In this document: positions 1 through 13,882 of the stretch, piece after piece | Position numbering within the stretch: position 1 is the first letter of the stretch | Layout: every line of letters starts with the position of its first letter | DNA from: Octopus vulgaris | Lineage: Eukaryota | Direction of reading: 5' to 3' | Length of the DNA: 64,000 bases | NCBI GenBank assembly: GCA_951406725.2 | Contig: OX597836.1 | Span: forward strand, 22,258,001 to 22,322,000 | The notes under the pieces: generated by a model | The model's input: only the letters and a program-made list of their open reading frames with translations | The model's database searches: none | Told to the model about the DNA's origin: nothing | Position numbers and translations under genes: made by a program

Positions 1-514
1 ACACACACACAAATATATATATAATGGTTAGTAGCTTTAAACCCATAAGACTTCCATTTCTAGGTAGTTAAGTGTAAACATAGTTTGGCTCTACTAAGTC
101 CTCATACAGACAGATAGATAGACAGACAGACAGACATACACACACACAAAGAAAATAAGTAATTACTAACAATTGAAATAGCATGGTAATTAATTTAAGC
201 AGTAAATTACCATACATTTATTTATTTCTATATCTAATTAATCACTAATTCATTTATAAGTTGCTATGGTCAGTTGGTACCTAAACAGTTAACATAGAAA
301 CAGTTACATATGCAAGTTTCTTTGGGGGCGGGGCTTTCTTTTACATAATTATGAATATTCATAGGAAAAGGTGTGGCAGAGGGTGGGTGGTACAGGAGTA
401 AAATGAAATTGGAAAACAAAAGGGAAAAAAAAAACAGGGGTTAAAGTTCCCAGAATCACCCAAGGATATATAAATGACAAATGTAAATATTTCACTGAAA
501 GATAGGTATATGTA

Positions 515-559
<45 letters not shown>

Positions 560-1339
560 TATACACAGGGGTTGGTGTTGGGGAAATACAGATGAAGAGG
601 CTAAGAGGGTAGGCTTATAAATACAGGGTGAAGGGCCATCAATGTGACACTAGTGAAGTTAGGCAGATGTTAATGCTTGGTGTCTTCATGTAGTGGATGA
701 TATACTGTTTGTTTTTGCAGAACCAAGGAGGCTTGGAGCAGTGCACATCATGCATTTGTAGTTGGGAAAGGATTTTTTTAAACTTTGCATAAATTGGTGA
801 GAGAGAGAGAGAGAAATAGATAGGAAGATGGAGAGGTGTGGTTTGAATATTGTTGATGTTTGATGAGTTGGGAGTAGGGAGAGGTATAAAATGTGTAGAA
901 GTTTTAGCTGTTATCAGCTACAAATAACAACAACAAATAAAAATAATAAAATAAATAGCAACAACAAATAAAAAAATATTGCATAAAAGAATTAAATACA
1001 AAAAAAAAAGGTATAACGATAAAAGAAACTTAAATCAATCACAGGTGTGTGTATATGCATGTGAGTGGGTGTGTGTGTATATTTATATACACACATAAAC
1101 AGATATACTTATATCTGTGTAAGGATCAGGTTATATCACAGTAAGGAAGTAATGAGAGTGAGAGAATGTCAATGGGTGAGTACTGAGTACGGAAAAGGAG
1201 TAGAAATCTGAGATAATGAACAGAGAGTATGAACATTATGTAGAAGAAGAGGAGGACAGAGGTCATTCAGGTGCAAGAAGATAAAATTGTATACATACAT
1301 ACATATATATATACACTCACACACGTACATATATATATA

Positions 1340-1560
1340 TAAACCGGAGTAAACACATAAATGTGAAACAAGGTGGAAAAAAGAGTACTCAAATACCAGG
1401 GGTAGAGTAATATGCTTTATTTAAAAGCAGCAGAAATTCAACAAAACCTGTTACTCGGAGTTTCAGGTTTTATTTTTTAAACAAAACTGTCCGACGAACG
1501 GGAACGTGAAACTCCGAGTAACAGGTTTTGTTGAATTTCTGCTGCTTTTAAATAAAGTAT
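1340..1560. mobile_element. Penelope-like terminal-repeat remnant forming a palindrome, with a hammerhead motif
   Basis: Inverted arms 1411-1464 / 1507-1560, flanked by (TA)n. Relatives at 27620-27771 and 19445-19550. Confidence 0.7.
1487..1524 (+). ncRNA. Minimal type I hammerhead ribozyme motif
   Basis: CTGT-CCGACGA-ACG(GGAA)CGT-GAAA-CTC(C)GAG-TA-ACAG. Stems I-III pair, the core has a U4>C variant, predicted cleavage after GUA at 1520. Confidence 0.7.
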
Positions 1561-2129
1561 ATATATATATACACATACACACATTCATATCCATGCATAC
1601 ATTACATATATACACATACATATACAGACACACATACATAATCGTCGTTTAACGTCCGTTTTCCATGGTGGCTTGGGTTGGACGGTTCGAGTGGAGTCTG
1701 GGAAGCCAGGAGGCTGCACCAGGCCCATATACACATAGATACATACATACAGACAATAGAATAGTATGAGTAAGTATATAGTGGAAGCAGAAGGATGTAA
1801 GATGGAATGTAGAGAGATGGAAATGTGTGAGTCAGTAAAATAGCAGAAAACTGCGGAAGTTTGTGTGGAAATTTGCTGTCAGCGTAAAATGACAGAATAT
1901 TGGAAAGTTTTTTTAAATCTTTTTAGTCAGAAGGAAAGGCCATGTCCATGACCCCAATCTAGAGCCTTAGAGATTAAAAGGAGGGATGTCTCCTGAAATT
2001 TGAAAGCTGGGCTGAATGCTTGTGACAGAGTAAAGTTCACTAAAGGGACCCAACATGCCAGGTGGTGGTGTTAAACCTGGATAGTGATGTGTCTACCACC
2101 AAAGTGGAAATACAAAAGGAAATACAAGT

Positions 2130-2390
2130 GTGGAGTAGAAAGCTAGTTGTTGCTATAAAACAGAATTGTAGAGTGGAAAGTTAGTTGTGTAAGACAGAAG
2201 TGTAACGTGGAAAGGTGAGTGTGTAAAAGGGAGGAAAGTTGTGTTGGACAGAAGTAGTATAGAAAGTTGCCTGTGGAGACGTAAGTTAATTGTGTATAAT
2301 AGAAGTGTAGTAAGGAAAGTTGTTTGTGTAAAACAGAATTGTAGAGTGGAAAGTTAGTTGTGTGGAAAGCTGTCAGTGTAAAATGAAAGT
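2130..2390 (+). repeat. Degenerate minisatellite (~30-40-bp unit, cagaagtgtagagtggaaagttagttgtgt)
   Basis: Recurrent gaaagtt..ttgtg cores. Confidence 0.7.
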
Positions 2391-2729
2391 GTACAAAAAA
2401 AAAATAATAAACAACATATCAAATACAAATGAATTAAAAGGTGTAAGCAACAACAATAACAGCAGGAATAAACAATAATAATAATAATAACAACAACAGG
2501 AGGAAATGAAATAAAATAAAAAAAACAAAAGCAAGCAACAAAAACAAAAATAACCAGCAGCAAATTTAAAAAAAAAAAGAAACTAAAAACAACTTAAAAA
2601 AAAAACAATATAGAGCTGGTAACAATGTCTTCTTTCTCAATTACTCTCCCACTCCTCCCATTTGTGCGCAAGTGTGTGCAAGCGTGCATCTGCATGCATG
2701 TGTGCACATATTTATATGCATAAATATAC

Positions 2730-2766
<37 letters not shown>

Positions 2767-2767
2767 C

Positions 2768-2822
<55 letters not shown>

Positions 2823-3813
2823 CATACATGTATATACATATACATACATATATATACATATATATATACATGTATATACATATATATATACATGTATATA
2901 CATGTACATATATATATGTATATACATGTATATACATATATATACATGTATATATATATATACATATATATAGTATAGATATGGCAGGACTTAGGGGCAG
3001 AAAATTTGAAACAAGACAGATTGGTGCTAGGGGCTAGAGTAACGGAAGGGTAGGTAGGTCCTGGGTGGGTAATTTAGATGGTGACCATGACGACAGCAAC
3101 GAAAATGATGTTGATGATGATGATGGTGATGATGATGATGACGACGACAATGGTAGTGGCGATGGTGAACATGATCAAGAAGTTTTTCTCCCCGATAAAA
3201 CATGAGCGATATAATACATGAGCGATTACAATGCATTAAGCAATGCTAGGGTCATTAACGGTGATATGACAAATGAAAAGTGGGGCAGAGAAGTCAAAAC
3301 ACTTGCAACAACTTCAACATGTCTCACACACAGTCATGTCAGATATAAATTATGTTTCATTGATCTATGAAATGATATAAATTACTTGCTGTCTTTAATG
3401 GATATCATGGCTGTATCTGGTGTACGTCTTGTGTGTCATTTGAGAGGTGAGATTGAGCAAAGCCTATTAGTGAAGTGTATGTATGTTTGGCTGAAAGCCA
3501 TACAGTGATGTGTGCTTAAATAGAAACAAAACAGGAACACCTGTTTGACAGAAATCTACTACAAGCACATCAACAAGAGACTACCAGAAACACGTGGTTT
3601 GTCAAATGTGTCTGACAGATGTCTACTGGATACATATGTTTCACACAAACTTATAAACACATTTGTTTGATATGTATTGACTATATATATATATATATAT
3701 GTATAGAGAGAGAGAGAGAGAGAGAGAGAAGGAGTGGAAAGGATAATAAATATACAAATTAATAGATGAATACATAGGACAGATACATAGATGGATATGA
3801 AGTACTATATATA

Positions 3814-3873
<60 letters not shown>

Positions 3874-3900
3874 TGTGTATAAATGCTCGTCTGTATGTAC

Positions 3901-3965
<65 letters not shown>

Positions 3966-4599
3966 TATGGAAAAATCATAAATATCAAGTATACTACATA
4001 GATAAAAGAAATAGCTTCATGATGGGGAAGGGTAAAGTGCAGGTAGAAAAGATTATTGTTTGAAGTTATTATTGTTATTATTATTATTATTATAAAAATA
4101 ATTTGGTTTTAAAGAAATATCTCTACATTAAATATTCATTTTTGATATCTTATGCACAAAGCCTCCAAATTTGGCATGAGGCGGGTCAGATGCAAAAGAG
4201 CAGAGTGGACTGCATTGACTGCCCTCACCCCCAGTAGTTAACTGGTACTTTCCATTCAAAACAATAAGGTGTGAGGATAACTATGCTGAAAGGGACAATA
4301 CCACCATGGCTACCCAACTAGAAGAGGGTTTAATTGCTAGAAAAGGGTCTTTGCATTAGGGGAAGAGAAGAAGGAATGCTATTGAGCAAATCAGTGGACA
4401 AAATGTCCCCTGCAAGGCCAGGGGTCAAAGATGGCATTAATTTAGTGAAGGGAAATAAAGTCTTTAAAAAACTGGAATTATTTTTTGAGCAACATGTAGT
4501 TTAGGAAATGAGTAGGGCATTGAGCAAAATGTTATATACAAGAATGGGCATATATGTACACATGGATATATATATATATATATACATACAAACAAACAC

Positions 4600-4634
<35 letters not shown>

Positions 4635-4882
4635 TGCATACACGTGTGTGTGTATATCTGTGTATTGATAGATATGCATAAGCATATACACGTGTGTTCC
4701 TGTAGAAGCTGAAGGCTACTTTTGTCACCACTCACAGTTTCCTGGGAACATTTGTCCATGGGACACTGATAAACAGCAAGTCTTACCAAAGGAAGCTTTA
4801 GCTTCAAGATATATATATATATACATACACACACTGAATACTTTTTTCTTGTTTGTAATCTAAATTTCTATTTGATTTATAC

Positions 4883-4929
<47 letters not shown>

Positions 4930-5142
4930 ATGTGTTAACATACTGAGAAAAGCAAAGAGTATGTCAGCATGTGTTAAACATGTGTGGTCAGTAGTTATGA
5001 GGCTTTACTTAACATACATACACATGTAAATTTATATACATGCACCCACATGTGGGTAAAGATATACATACATATATATATATATATATACACACATGTA
5101 AATATATATATAAACATATATGTAAATATGCTCAATTTTATA

Positions 5143-5209
<67 letters not shown>

Positions 5210-8200
5210 AGAGGAAAGTATATGCCCTTCGCCATTAGAGCCTGATGAATTATCCATGAAGCTAAGCGCTTTATGAATGCAAAACCTTTGATCACTCTCT
5301 GATCAGGCACATACTTAACTGCATATATATATATACATACAATACATATACACACAGAGATACAAATAAGTTAAATGTAGATTTAAAATTAAAATACGAG
5401 AAAAATTATCAAAAAACATGCATTTGTGCTTTTTTCATCCCACCCCCGCCCCAAGGGAATTTATCCCCCACTCCCTTTTGAAGGGTCTATCGTAGAAATC
5501 ATGAAATGTGTGCGAGTTTAGTACTTTTTAAAGTTTTTTTTGTGGCTTTATATATATATACAATGTTTTTAATTTTTACATTTGTGATCCCCAAAAGCGG
5601 CAATATATATATATATATATATATATGCTATATATATATAATATATATATATATATCTATATAATATAAAATTAAAATATGCAAATGAGATTGTGATATT
5701 TTTGCTACAATCATCACACTTATAGATATAGAAATGTTAAAAAAAAAAAGGAGAATATTTAAAACAATAGTTAAAAAATTAATACTTTTCCGTCTTCTGT
5801 CCAGTCCTTTTATACATCATGTTAACCCTCTGGATCCTAGAGCATTATCCCTTAACCACATCACACTACACTGTTAACCCACTAATCAAAAATGTTATTG
5901 AAGATGTTCTTCGGTCACTGTCAATACTTGTTTAACTTAATCTGAACGGATCACGACCAGAAAGGTAGATTTACTCAAATGCAAATATATAGGATTAGAA
6001 CAAGATAAAATCAAGCTGATGTGCTTATGTCAGGTTGGCACCGTTTTGCAATCGTGGGGTACTTTGATGCAACATAAACGTTAGCAGCAGGATGTTAATC
6101 TTGTCATTGATCCCTTATCTTATTTTGTGAGTTCAGGGATCTCTCATCTCATACATCTTCAAAGGTGCCAAAGCCATAAGATGTTTTGTAGATGGGAGAA
6201 ATGACAACAGCGTTACAACTTGTAACTTGTGATTTTGGATGAAGCATAAATATTCCACATTTCCATGCAGCTTGCTGGTGTATATACGGTCGTGCACAAG
6301 TGGTGTAGCAGTCAGCACTGAATGAGTCAATGAATGAACAAGTAAATATAATAAATAAATATTGATGATGTACTATGAATACCAAAACAGTGTGTATTGA
6401 TGTTGTCTCACTACTCTCTCTCTCTTTTGATGTTCATCATATTTTTGCATCTCTTTGAGCTGACCTCTTATGTTTAATAAAGATTATCATCACTTATTCA
6501 AGTGTGTTCTTAGACTATGTAGCTAAAACAGGTATTTTACTATTATTATTGTTGTTATTGTTAAGATAAATCAAAGCCATAGATTTTCTTTAAGGCCCTG
6601 CTGTATCTTTACTATTGTGGCCTGGCATTTTTTAAAAAGTCACAACTGACTCTAGGTGTCTTTGTATGTATGTATGTATGTATATAAGTTAATTAGGGAA
6701 CCTTAAATCACAATATATATACGTCGTTACTGCTAGGGCATCGTTAGCCTGTGACATGTCTATTATTTCGTCTGTTAATTATACCACTTGTTTGACAAGT
6801 CTGTTATTACTTCACACATACCCCACCCACAAACACTTTGTAACAGTCACCATTATTACTCTTTTAATCATCAGGAAATACAGTCATTGCCAATGAAAGA
6901 GGTCTATAATCAGAAGTATTCCAGCCACAACCTTATAGTGTTTTTACTCAATTTAGGGCTGCATTATCTAATGTCTCCTTCCTTCCCTTTCTCAGATAGC
7001 AGGCAGCGATTTAAGGGGAACTTGGCTATTTTGAACAGGTCAACATATTACCAATAGGTTTATCGCTGTTCCTGAACTATTTGATGAATAAAATAGTTCT
7101 CATTTTTGTTTCACATCCATTTTTACTTGTTAGCATTACTGAGACATTGTTTACAGTTGGATGCTCTTACTGTCATTAACATTCATCTGGTTTTTTTTTC
7201 AAGTTCAGGGATCTCTCTTCAAAAGGCAGAAAGCCAGGAAATGATTCGATAGGAGAAATGAAAACAACATTGCAACTTGTAGCTTGTGGTTTTCAGAGCA
7301 ATAAATATAAAGAAATACACACATACACACATGTACAAATATGATAGTCTTTTTTTCTGTTTCTATCAATGAAATCCACTCACAAAGCTTTGATCGGTTG
7401 AGGGCTATTGTACAAGACATCTGCCCTTGGTATCCCACAGTGAGACTGAACCAGAAACTACTGGATTACAAAATGAACTTCTTAACCACACACAAATGGT
7501 CTCTAAACTTTAGCCCTTCCCCATAGATAAGGGAATCCATTTTACAAGAGACCACATTTATTCTGTGGTTTAAGATTCCATTGTATTCTACTGGTCTCTG
7601 TGTACTGGTCCCTACATAGTTATTCCTCTAAGGGAGATTGATTATCCTAGTGATTGGTGTATTGATCCCTTTATTGATGGTGCTGTTCTTTTAATGAACC
7701 AATTTGTCTCGCCAGCTGGTGTCGAAATGGAAATGAGAAACTGGTATTAGTTTACCAAGAAGCTACTGAAATACTATAGTGCCTGGTGATAATTATGATA
7801 ATGAGAGGAAGGAATGTCTTGGAGACAGTAACAACCAAAATCATCATCATCATCTATATTCCATGCTGGCATGGGTTGGATGGTCTGAGATGAGCTGAGT
7901 CAGAAAACTGTGTTGAGCTCTGATGTCTGCTTTGGCATGGTTTCGACAAATGAACACCTTTCCTTAATGCTAACCATTTTACATAGCACCAGCATTAGTG
8001 AGGTTACCAAGCAACTTGCAAAACAAGATCCCTCAATTGAGAAGTGTAGAGGGAGGTGCTTTGTGTCAGGTATGATAAAGAGTCCTGGGGTCGATTTGCT
8101 CGACTAAAGGTGGTGCTCCAGCATGGCTGCAGTCAAATGACTGAAACAAGTAAAAGAGTAAGAGTAAAAAACTGAAGAAGGGTCATGCAGTAGAGGTGAA

Positions 8201-8567
8201 ATTTGGAATTAAGGTCCACACAGAACTTCTTTCAGAAGACAGTACGACTAGAAACAGATTAGATTCCGAAGAAAATTCTTGAGATATGAGGACTTGAAAT
8301 GTAAAATTAGAAGGACTCTAATAGATATTTGTTATTCCTCTCTTGCTCTACATCAACAATTAGTAGAAGACTGACATGTTGAAATGGTGAAAATAATGAT
8401 TATGATTTCTGAGATTGGTAAGTGGATTAATGTGTGTTTTACTGAGCTTGGATGTTATAGAATGGTCCAACATATTCAAAATGGAAACTGAAATAACTCA
8501 GTAATAATGAGAATGGTTTCAAATGTTAACATAGGGCCAGAAATCTGGTGTGTGTGTGTGTGTGTGA

Positions 8568-8606
<39 letters not shown>

Positions 8607-9164
8607 GGCAAGTTGATTACATCAACCCCAGTGCTCGACTGCTACTAAATTTATCAACCCCAAAAGCATGAGAGGTAAAGTCGACTCTGGCAACATTTGA
8701 ACTAAGAACAATTATGATAGCAATAATAACAACAATTCTTCAACTGCGAAGAAGAGTGGAACTTTGTCAAACAGACAGACTGAGGAAGGCAGAGTTATAT
8801 GCCTTGCCAAAAAGGAACAACAACAACACAACAACTTAATATGAAAATTGATAAATAATAATAATAATCCTTTCTACTATAATCACAAAGCCAGAAATTT
8901 TGGAGAAGGGGACCAGTCAATTACTTTGGCCCCAGTACTCAACTGGTACTTATGTTATCGACTCCAAAAAGACGGAGGACACAGTTGACCTTGGCGGGAT
9001 TTAATCTCAGAATGTAAAGATAGACGAATGCCACTAAGTATTCTGCCACTCACCATAATAATAAGAATAACAATAAAAGTATGTGAAGTCTCAAAGAAGT
9101 AGGACAGAACTGAGAATATTATTCAAATTAAAGTTTGGAAACACTAACAACACTATGTTGATAA

Positions 9165-9215
<51 letters not shown>

Positions 9216-9351
9216 TATATATATACATACACACACATACATACATAAATAAATAAATACATGCATACACACACACACACCTACCTACACATAGGGTATT
9301 GTATATACAGAATCATCATTTGAAATTTAATTTTGGAAAGTTAAGGTATGA

Positions 9352-9357
9352 TTTATT
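9352..9357 (-). terminator. Candidate polyadenylation signal AATAAA ~710 nt downstream of the giant-exon stop
   Basis: tttatt on the + strand. Weak evidence in AT-rich DNA. Confidence 0.25.
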
Positions 9358-10064
9358 TTAGTCCATATAACCTCAGGTAATGTGTGTACACATACTGAGA
9401 GAGAGAGGTGGGGGCTCTAACTGCACGTGAATGATATGTAGGGTGTGATGATGTAGTAGTTAGTACTCCACAAAGGTACTTAGCAGCAAATGTACTCTGA
9501 TACAGGATGGAATACATACGCTGCATGTGTGTGTGTTTGTGTGTGTATATATATATATATTAGCACATATACACCCATATAATATCAGTACATATGTTCT
9601 GGAATAGATCCTTAGTACATGTACTAGGATTCGATAGTACAGATATTTTGAAAGAGTATTATATACACACACAAACACACATACACATTAATAAAAATTC
9701 AAACACTGTTGTATTTTCAATACAACATGCTTGAAAGCAAAGCTGTCTGTTACACATACATTATATATATATATATGTATATATATACATACATGTGCAT
9801 ATGTGTCACGATTACAGAAATTGGTAAGCACGCATGGATGAAAATACATCTGCCAAATCATATTACCAAAATGTTGTTGTATGCGCTTAATTTTCATATG
9901 AGTACACATGATTCAAATTATAATAACAATAACAATAATAATTGCCCAAAACAACTTTGAAAGATTATAAAATATTTTCATGTGTGAAACTCCCCAATTT
10001 AAAATGGAATTGCTGCCAGAATTGGGTGGAAATTAAAACGATGCCTAAATCATTAACAGATCAG

Positions 10065-13000
10065 CTATTTTGATGTGGGGTAATTAGTAAAGTCTTGTGT
10101 GAGGCTCGTTTCTGCGTAAGGGTTCTGATAAACGGCAGCGTTAGTTCGTTGTTCCTTTTGTGAACCATCAGCAATTGTGTTGTCTGGAGAGAGAGGTGAT
10201 AGTTGTGAGCTGTCTGGAGAGCTGACGATTGCAGAGCTATCGGTTTCCTGGAAATCGGTATTGTCTGACGACGATTCGCAGAAGGTCTTGTAACTCGGGT
10301 CTTTCGAGTCACACCTTCCTCGGAGTTCAAGCGAAGATATCTCTAAATTCAGTTCCACCATTTTTGCATTGGCCATTTCGATGGACCCTTCTGAGTCAGA
10401 TAAGGATCGAGATTCTGAATGTGGTGAATTGCCCGAGGCACATTCGGTTGGGCTATGTGGGATGTCGGGGCTAGAACTTGCAGTCACAATAAATTCCGGG
10501 ATTGTAGAAGAGACCAAAGAACACTTGTATTCAGAGCTTTTGCTCTGCAAGATTTCATCTTCGTCACTTGATTCCATCTTGGTCATATCAAGATTTTCCA
10601 GTTCTTCTAAAGGGTCGGCATTCATAAGCTTCTTTTTGTTTTCATTGTCCGACTCTCCCGAAGAACTTTCACTGGAACTCTGAGAGTGTGGTAGTGACAT
10701 GGACATTCTGTTGGAGTGGTTCGAGTAGCCCTCACTCGTCTCGCTGTCTCTCAAGCAAGATGTTGTGCTCCCATTGAAGTCTTCAGAATCCTCGTCAGTA
10801 TTGAGCTGTTCCAGTGGCTCCAGTAGGTCCTGCATGTCTAACGGATAGTCATCAAGAGGACTGTCGACGAGGCTGGAATCATCGGCATCGTCAGTGACCG
10901 AGTGACGTTTGGAAGCTACATAACACTCACCTGAATTCTGTTTCTGCTGCTGCTGCTGCTGACTTTCAGAATGCGGCGGAATGCTTTCATCAGTAGACTG
11001 TAATCTCGATGAATCTGAAGTGCTGTCTTCTTCTCGGATGGTAGCCAGCGGTTTTGCAGGGGAAACAATTGATTCCTGTTTCACAATACACTTCATGTCT
11101 GTGGATTTCTTCCTTGAACTGTCACCACTGGATTCATTGGTAGGTGTTGATCCTTGGCTAGGCGGAGGCTTGAATGTACTAAATGTTATTTTCCTTTCAC
11201 TTTGACTCAGATCGTTGTCCTGACTCAATAACAGAGCTGCTACGCAAGCTGGATCGTCACGCAAGTTATTGTTACCAATGTCGTCGGCACCATCTTGCAG
11301 TGTTGTCAACAACAAGCTCTCGGCTGCGGCAGGCGTTCGATGGAAATTCTTGCCGTCCGTTGGATGGGAACTGGTACTCGCTGCCTGCTGCTTACCGTAC
11401 TCCTCGGTGCCGGCCGAAACCAAACTTGAAACAAATGTACATTCGCTTGAATTGGATATCTTACTGGAGTTAGTCTTCGTAAAATCAATATTGTCGTTTG
11501 CATTATCTTCCTCCTCCTCCTTTACTATATCATCATCGTCGTCGTCATCATCATCATCGTCATCGTTGTCGTCATCATTGTTGTTGTCAATAACAACAGT
11601 TCTTTTGATAGAAATTACATGTGCAGGTTCTGGTAAATGAGTGAACCCTTTGTTTTTCAAAATGGAGCGGCATACTGGGGTTGTTTCAGCTGGTTGTTCA
11701 TTTCTGGAGTGGCTGACACTATCTTCATTTCCACTTACCTGCCGCTGCTGGACAATCGGATCATCCATTTGGTCTGCTTTCGTGTTACCCGTCTCACCAG
11801 TTGGACTTGTGGTGTGATCAATGGATGAGAAACTGTCTTTCGGTGGAAGATGCTTGAACGTAACAAACTCACCACTTTCCCTTAAATTATTAACCGAAGG
11901 ACCGGCTTCTTTGTCTTTCCCTGTAACATTATTATCTACAGCGACTGTATTTATTTCCACTGTGTCATCACTGGCTTTTATCACCGGTGTGTCCTTTTCT
12001 ATAGCATTGGTGTCTTTTGCCATAGCAACAGCATCCTTTGCCACAGTGACAGTATCCTTTGCTGTGGTAGACTCATCCTTTGGCTGGACAGAGACTGACT
12101 TTTTCACACGCTTCTGGATCTGTTGAAGGATTTCCTTCTCCAGCGATGGGCTTGTTGTATCATCTAGACAGGAGTAACTAGTCTTGGGAGGCAGTTTATG
12201 GTAGCTAACTAACTCGAACCTTCGTGGACTAACAGGAGACCTGTCATTTGGGGTTCGACAAGAAGGTGACCTCCGGTTTGGGGAATGACCTCTAGAAGGC
12301 CGAGGGATGTGGTATTCGTTATTCAAATTCAATTTGTCAACTGGAAGGTTTGATAGGGGCCGACTCTCTCCGCTACTTTCACAGTGAGTGTCTGTTAAGG
12401 CAAACAGTTCCGTTTCGTCCTTCAACTCTTTGTCTACTTTCAAGCGCCGATGTAAGATGTAAGGTATGTCTTTGATTAAATCACTTCCGTTAATCAAGTT
12501 TATTGGTTTGCTAAGTTTCTTCATCTTGTCTTTGTCCGTGTTGATTTTGTTTTCTTTCAATAAGTTTTCGTTTGTCACAAAAGAAACATTGTTTACGGTG
12601 TTGTTATTGTTGTTCGACTTATTCGGATCCATTACACTATTGTCATGCTTACTAGAATTCTGTGAGTTGTTCTGCGAGTGACCAATATTGATGGTTGGCC
12701 AGTTGTCAATGGTACCATGATTGGTCTGATAGCAGTTGTTATTATTGATGAAATTATCAGACATCACTTTCTCACACGATTTCTCGTCAATTCCTGCAAA
12801 CTTTGGATCATTTACACCATCAACTATACCGGAATCTCGGAAATGCTTTTTGCTATCGTTGTCATGAGGAGGATCAAAATCTAACGACAATTCTTTGTCG
12901 GCCGGTGATTTGTCGAGTTCCTCTCCGGAATCTGTCAGCTTTGGAGTTTCCTGGAATTTGTCATTTTTGTTGTTGGTGGCAAAACTCAAGTCTGTTGCGT

Positions 13001-13848
13001 CGAGAGTGCTGCAAGTCTTGATCTCATCAATACAAGAAATTCCCGAGTCAGACTTTGGAAGATGTTCGTCTTCCTCGTTGACCTTTGACATTTCGCTAAA
13101 GCTCCTATCACTAAGCGACTTGCTCAACGGTAGACGGGGAATGTTTTCGAATGCAACCGTGTCTTCTCCGCCCTCCTCAACCACATCGTCAGTGGTCGGA
13201 CTGGTATCGGTCTCAGTGATGAATTCGCTCGACTCATCTGTAGGAACAGAGAAGTTATTAACATTGACATCATCTACAGCAGAATCCCCTCCAGCCTCTT
13301 CATCCTTGTTTGCAGTAGAACTGTCTTGTGATTCTTCATTCAAGGCTAAAAACAACTCACCAGTATCCTTACCTTTTGCAGCTCCTTCATTTACGACCAT
13401 ACCCACACAAACATCAACATCCTTGCCCCTATCCTCCTCTATTGACACGCCACCCTCACCTGTGTTAGTAATGATATTGTTGTTTATATGATTGTTGTTA
13501 GTATTACCATTGTCTATAGTCCAAGAGAGAACACGCTCCTTGGCCATTTCTAGTTTCCCTGTACCGTGTAACCCTTCATCAAACTGAGCAGAGAGTTTCC
13601 TAAGAGAATCGCAACAGTCAACGTCTGTATGGCTCGCTATCTCTTCCAATGACACATTGTACTCTAACTTGTCAACTGAGCCCTCGTCATCACTATGATT
13701 ATCGTCATCGTTTTCATCGTCACTGTCGCTGTCATCACTGTTGCTATCATCGTCATCGTCACTACGGTCGTAATCACCCTCTTCTTCCCTAGTGTATTTA
13801 CCTGTAATTCTATTATCACTCTCTACACATTTCATGGGGACACCATCT

Positions 13849-13882
<34 letters not shown>

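Noticed and set aside
5236-5272. Possible hammerhead (agagc-CTGATGA-at..at-GAAG-ctaagc-gcttt)
   Set aside because: The second box and cleavage triplet are non-canonical and stem II is marginal; at best a decayed remnant.
2594-5355. Numerous Y/I/C/V/H/T-rich ORFs (also ~23430-23980, 37590-38050, 44840-45210, 49320-50955)
   Set aside because: Translations of (TA)n, (CA)n, (GA)n and (GATA)n microsatellites; no coding signal.
1-10064. DH/PH (RhoGEF) exons of FARP
   Set aside because: None recognisable by eye; they may lie beyond the window, or small ones may have been missed.
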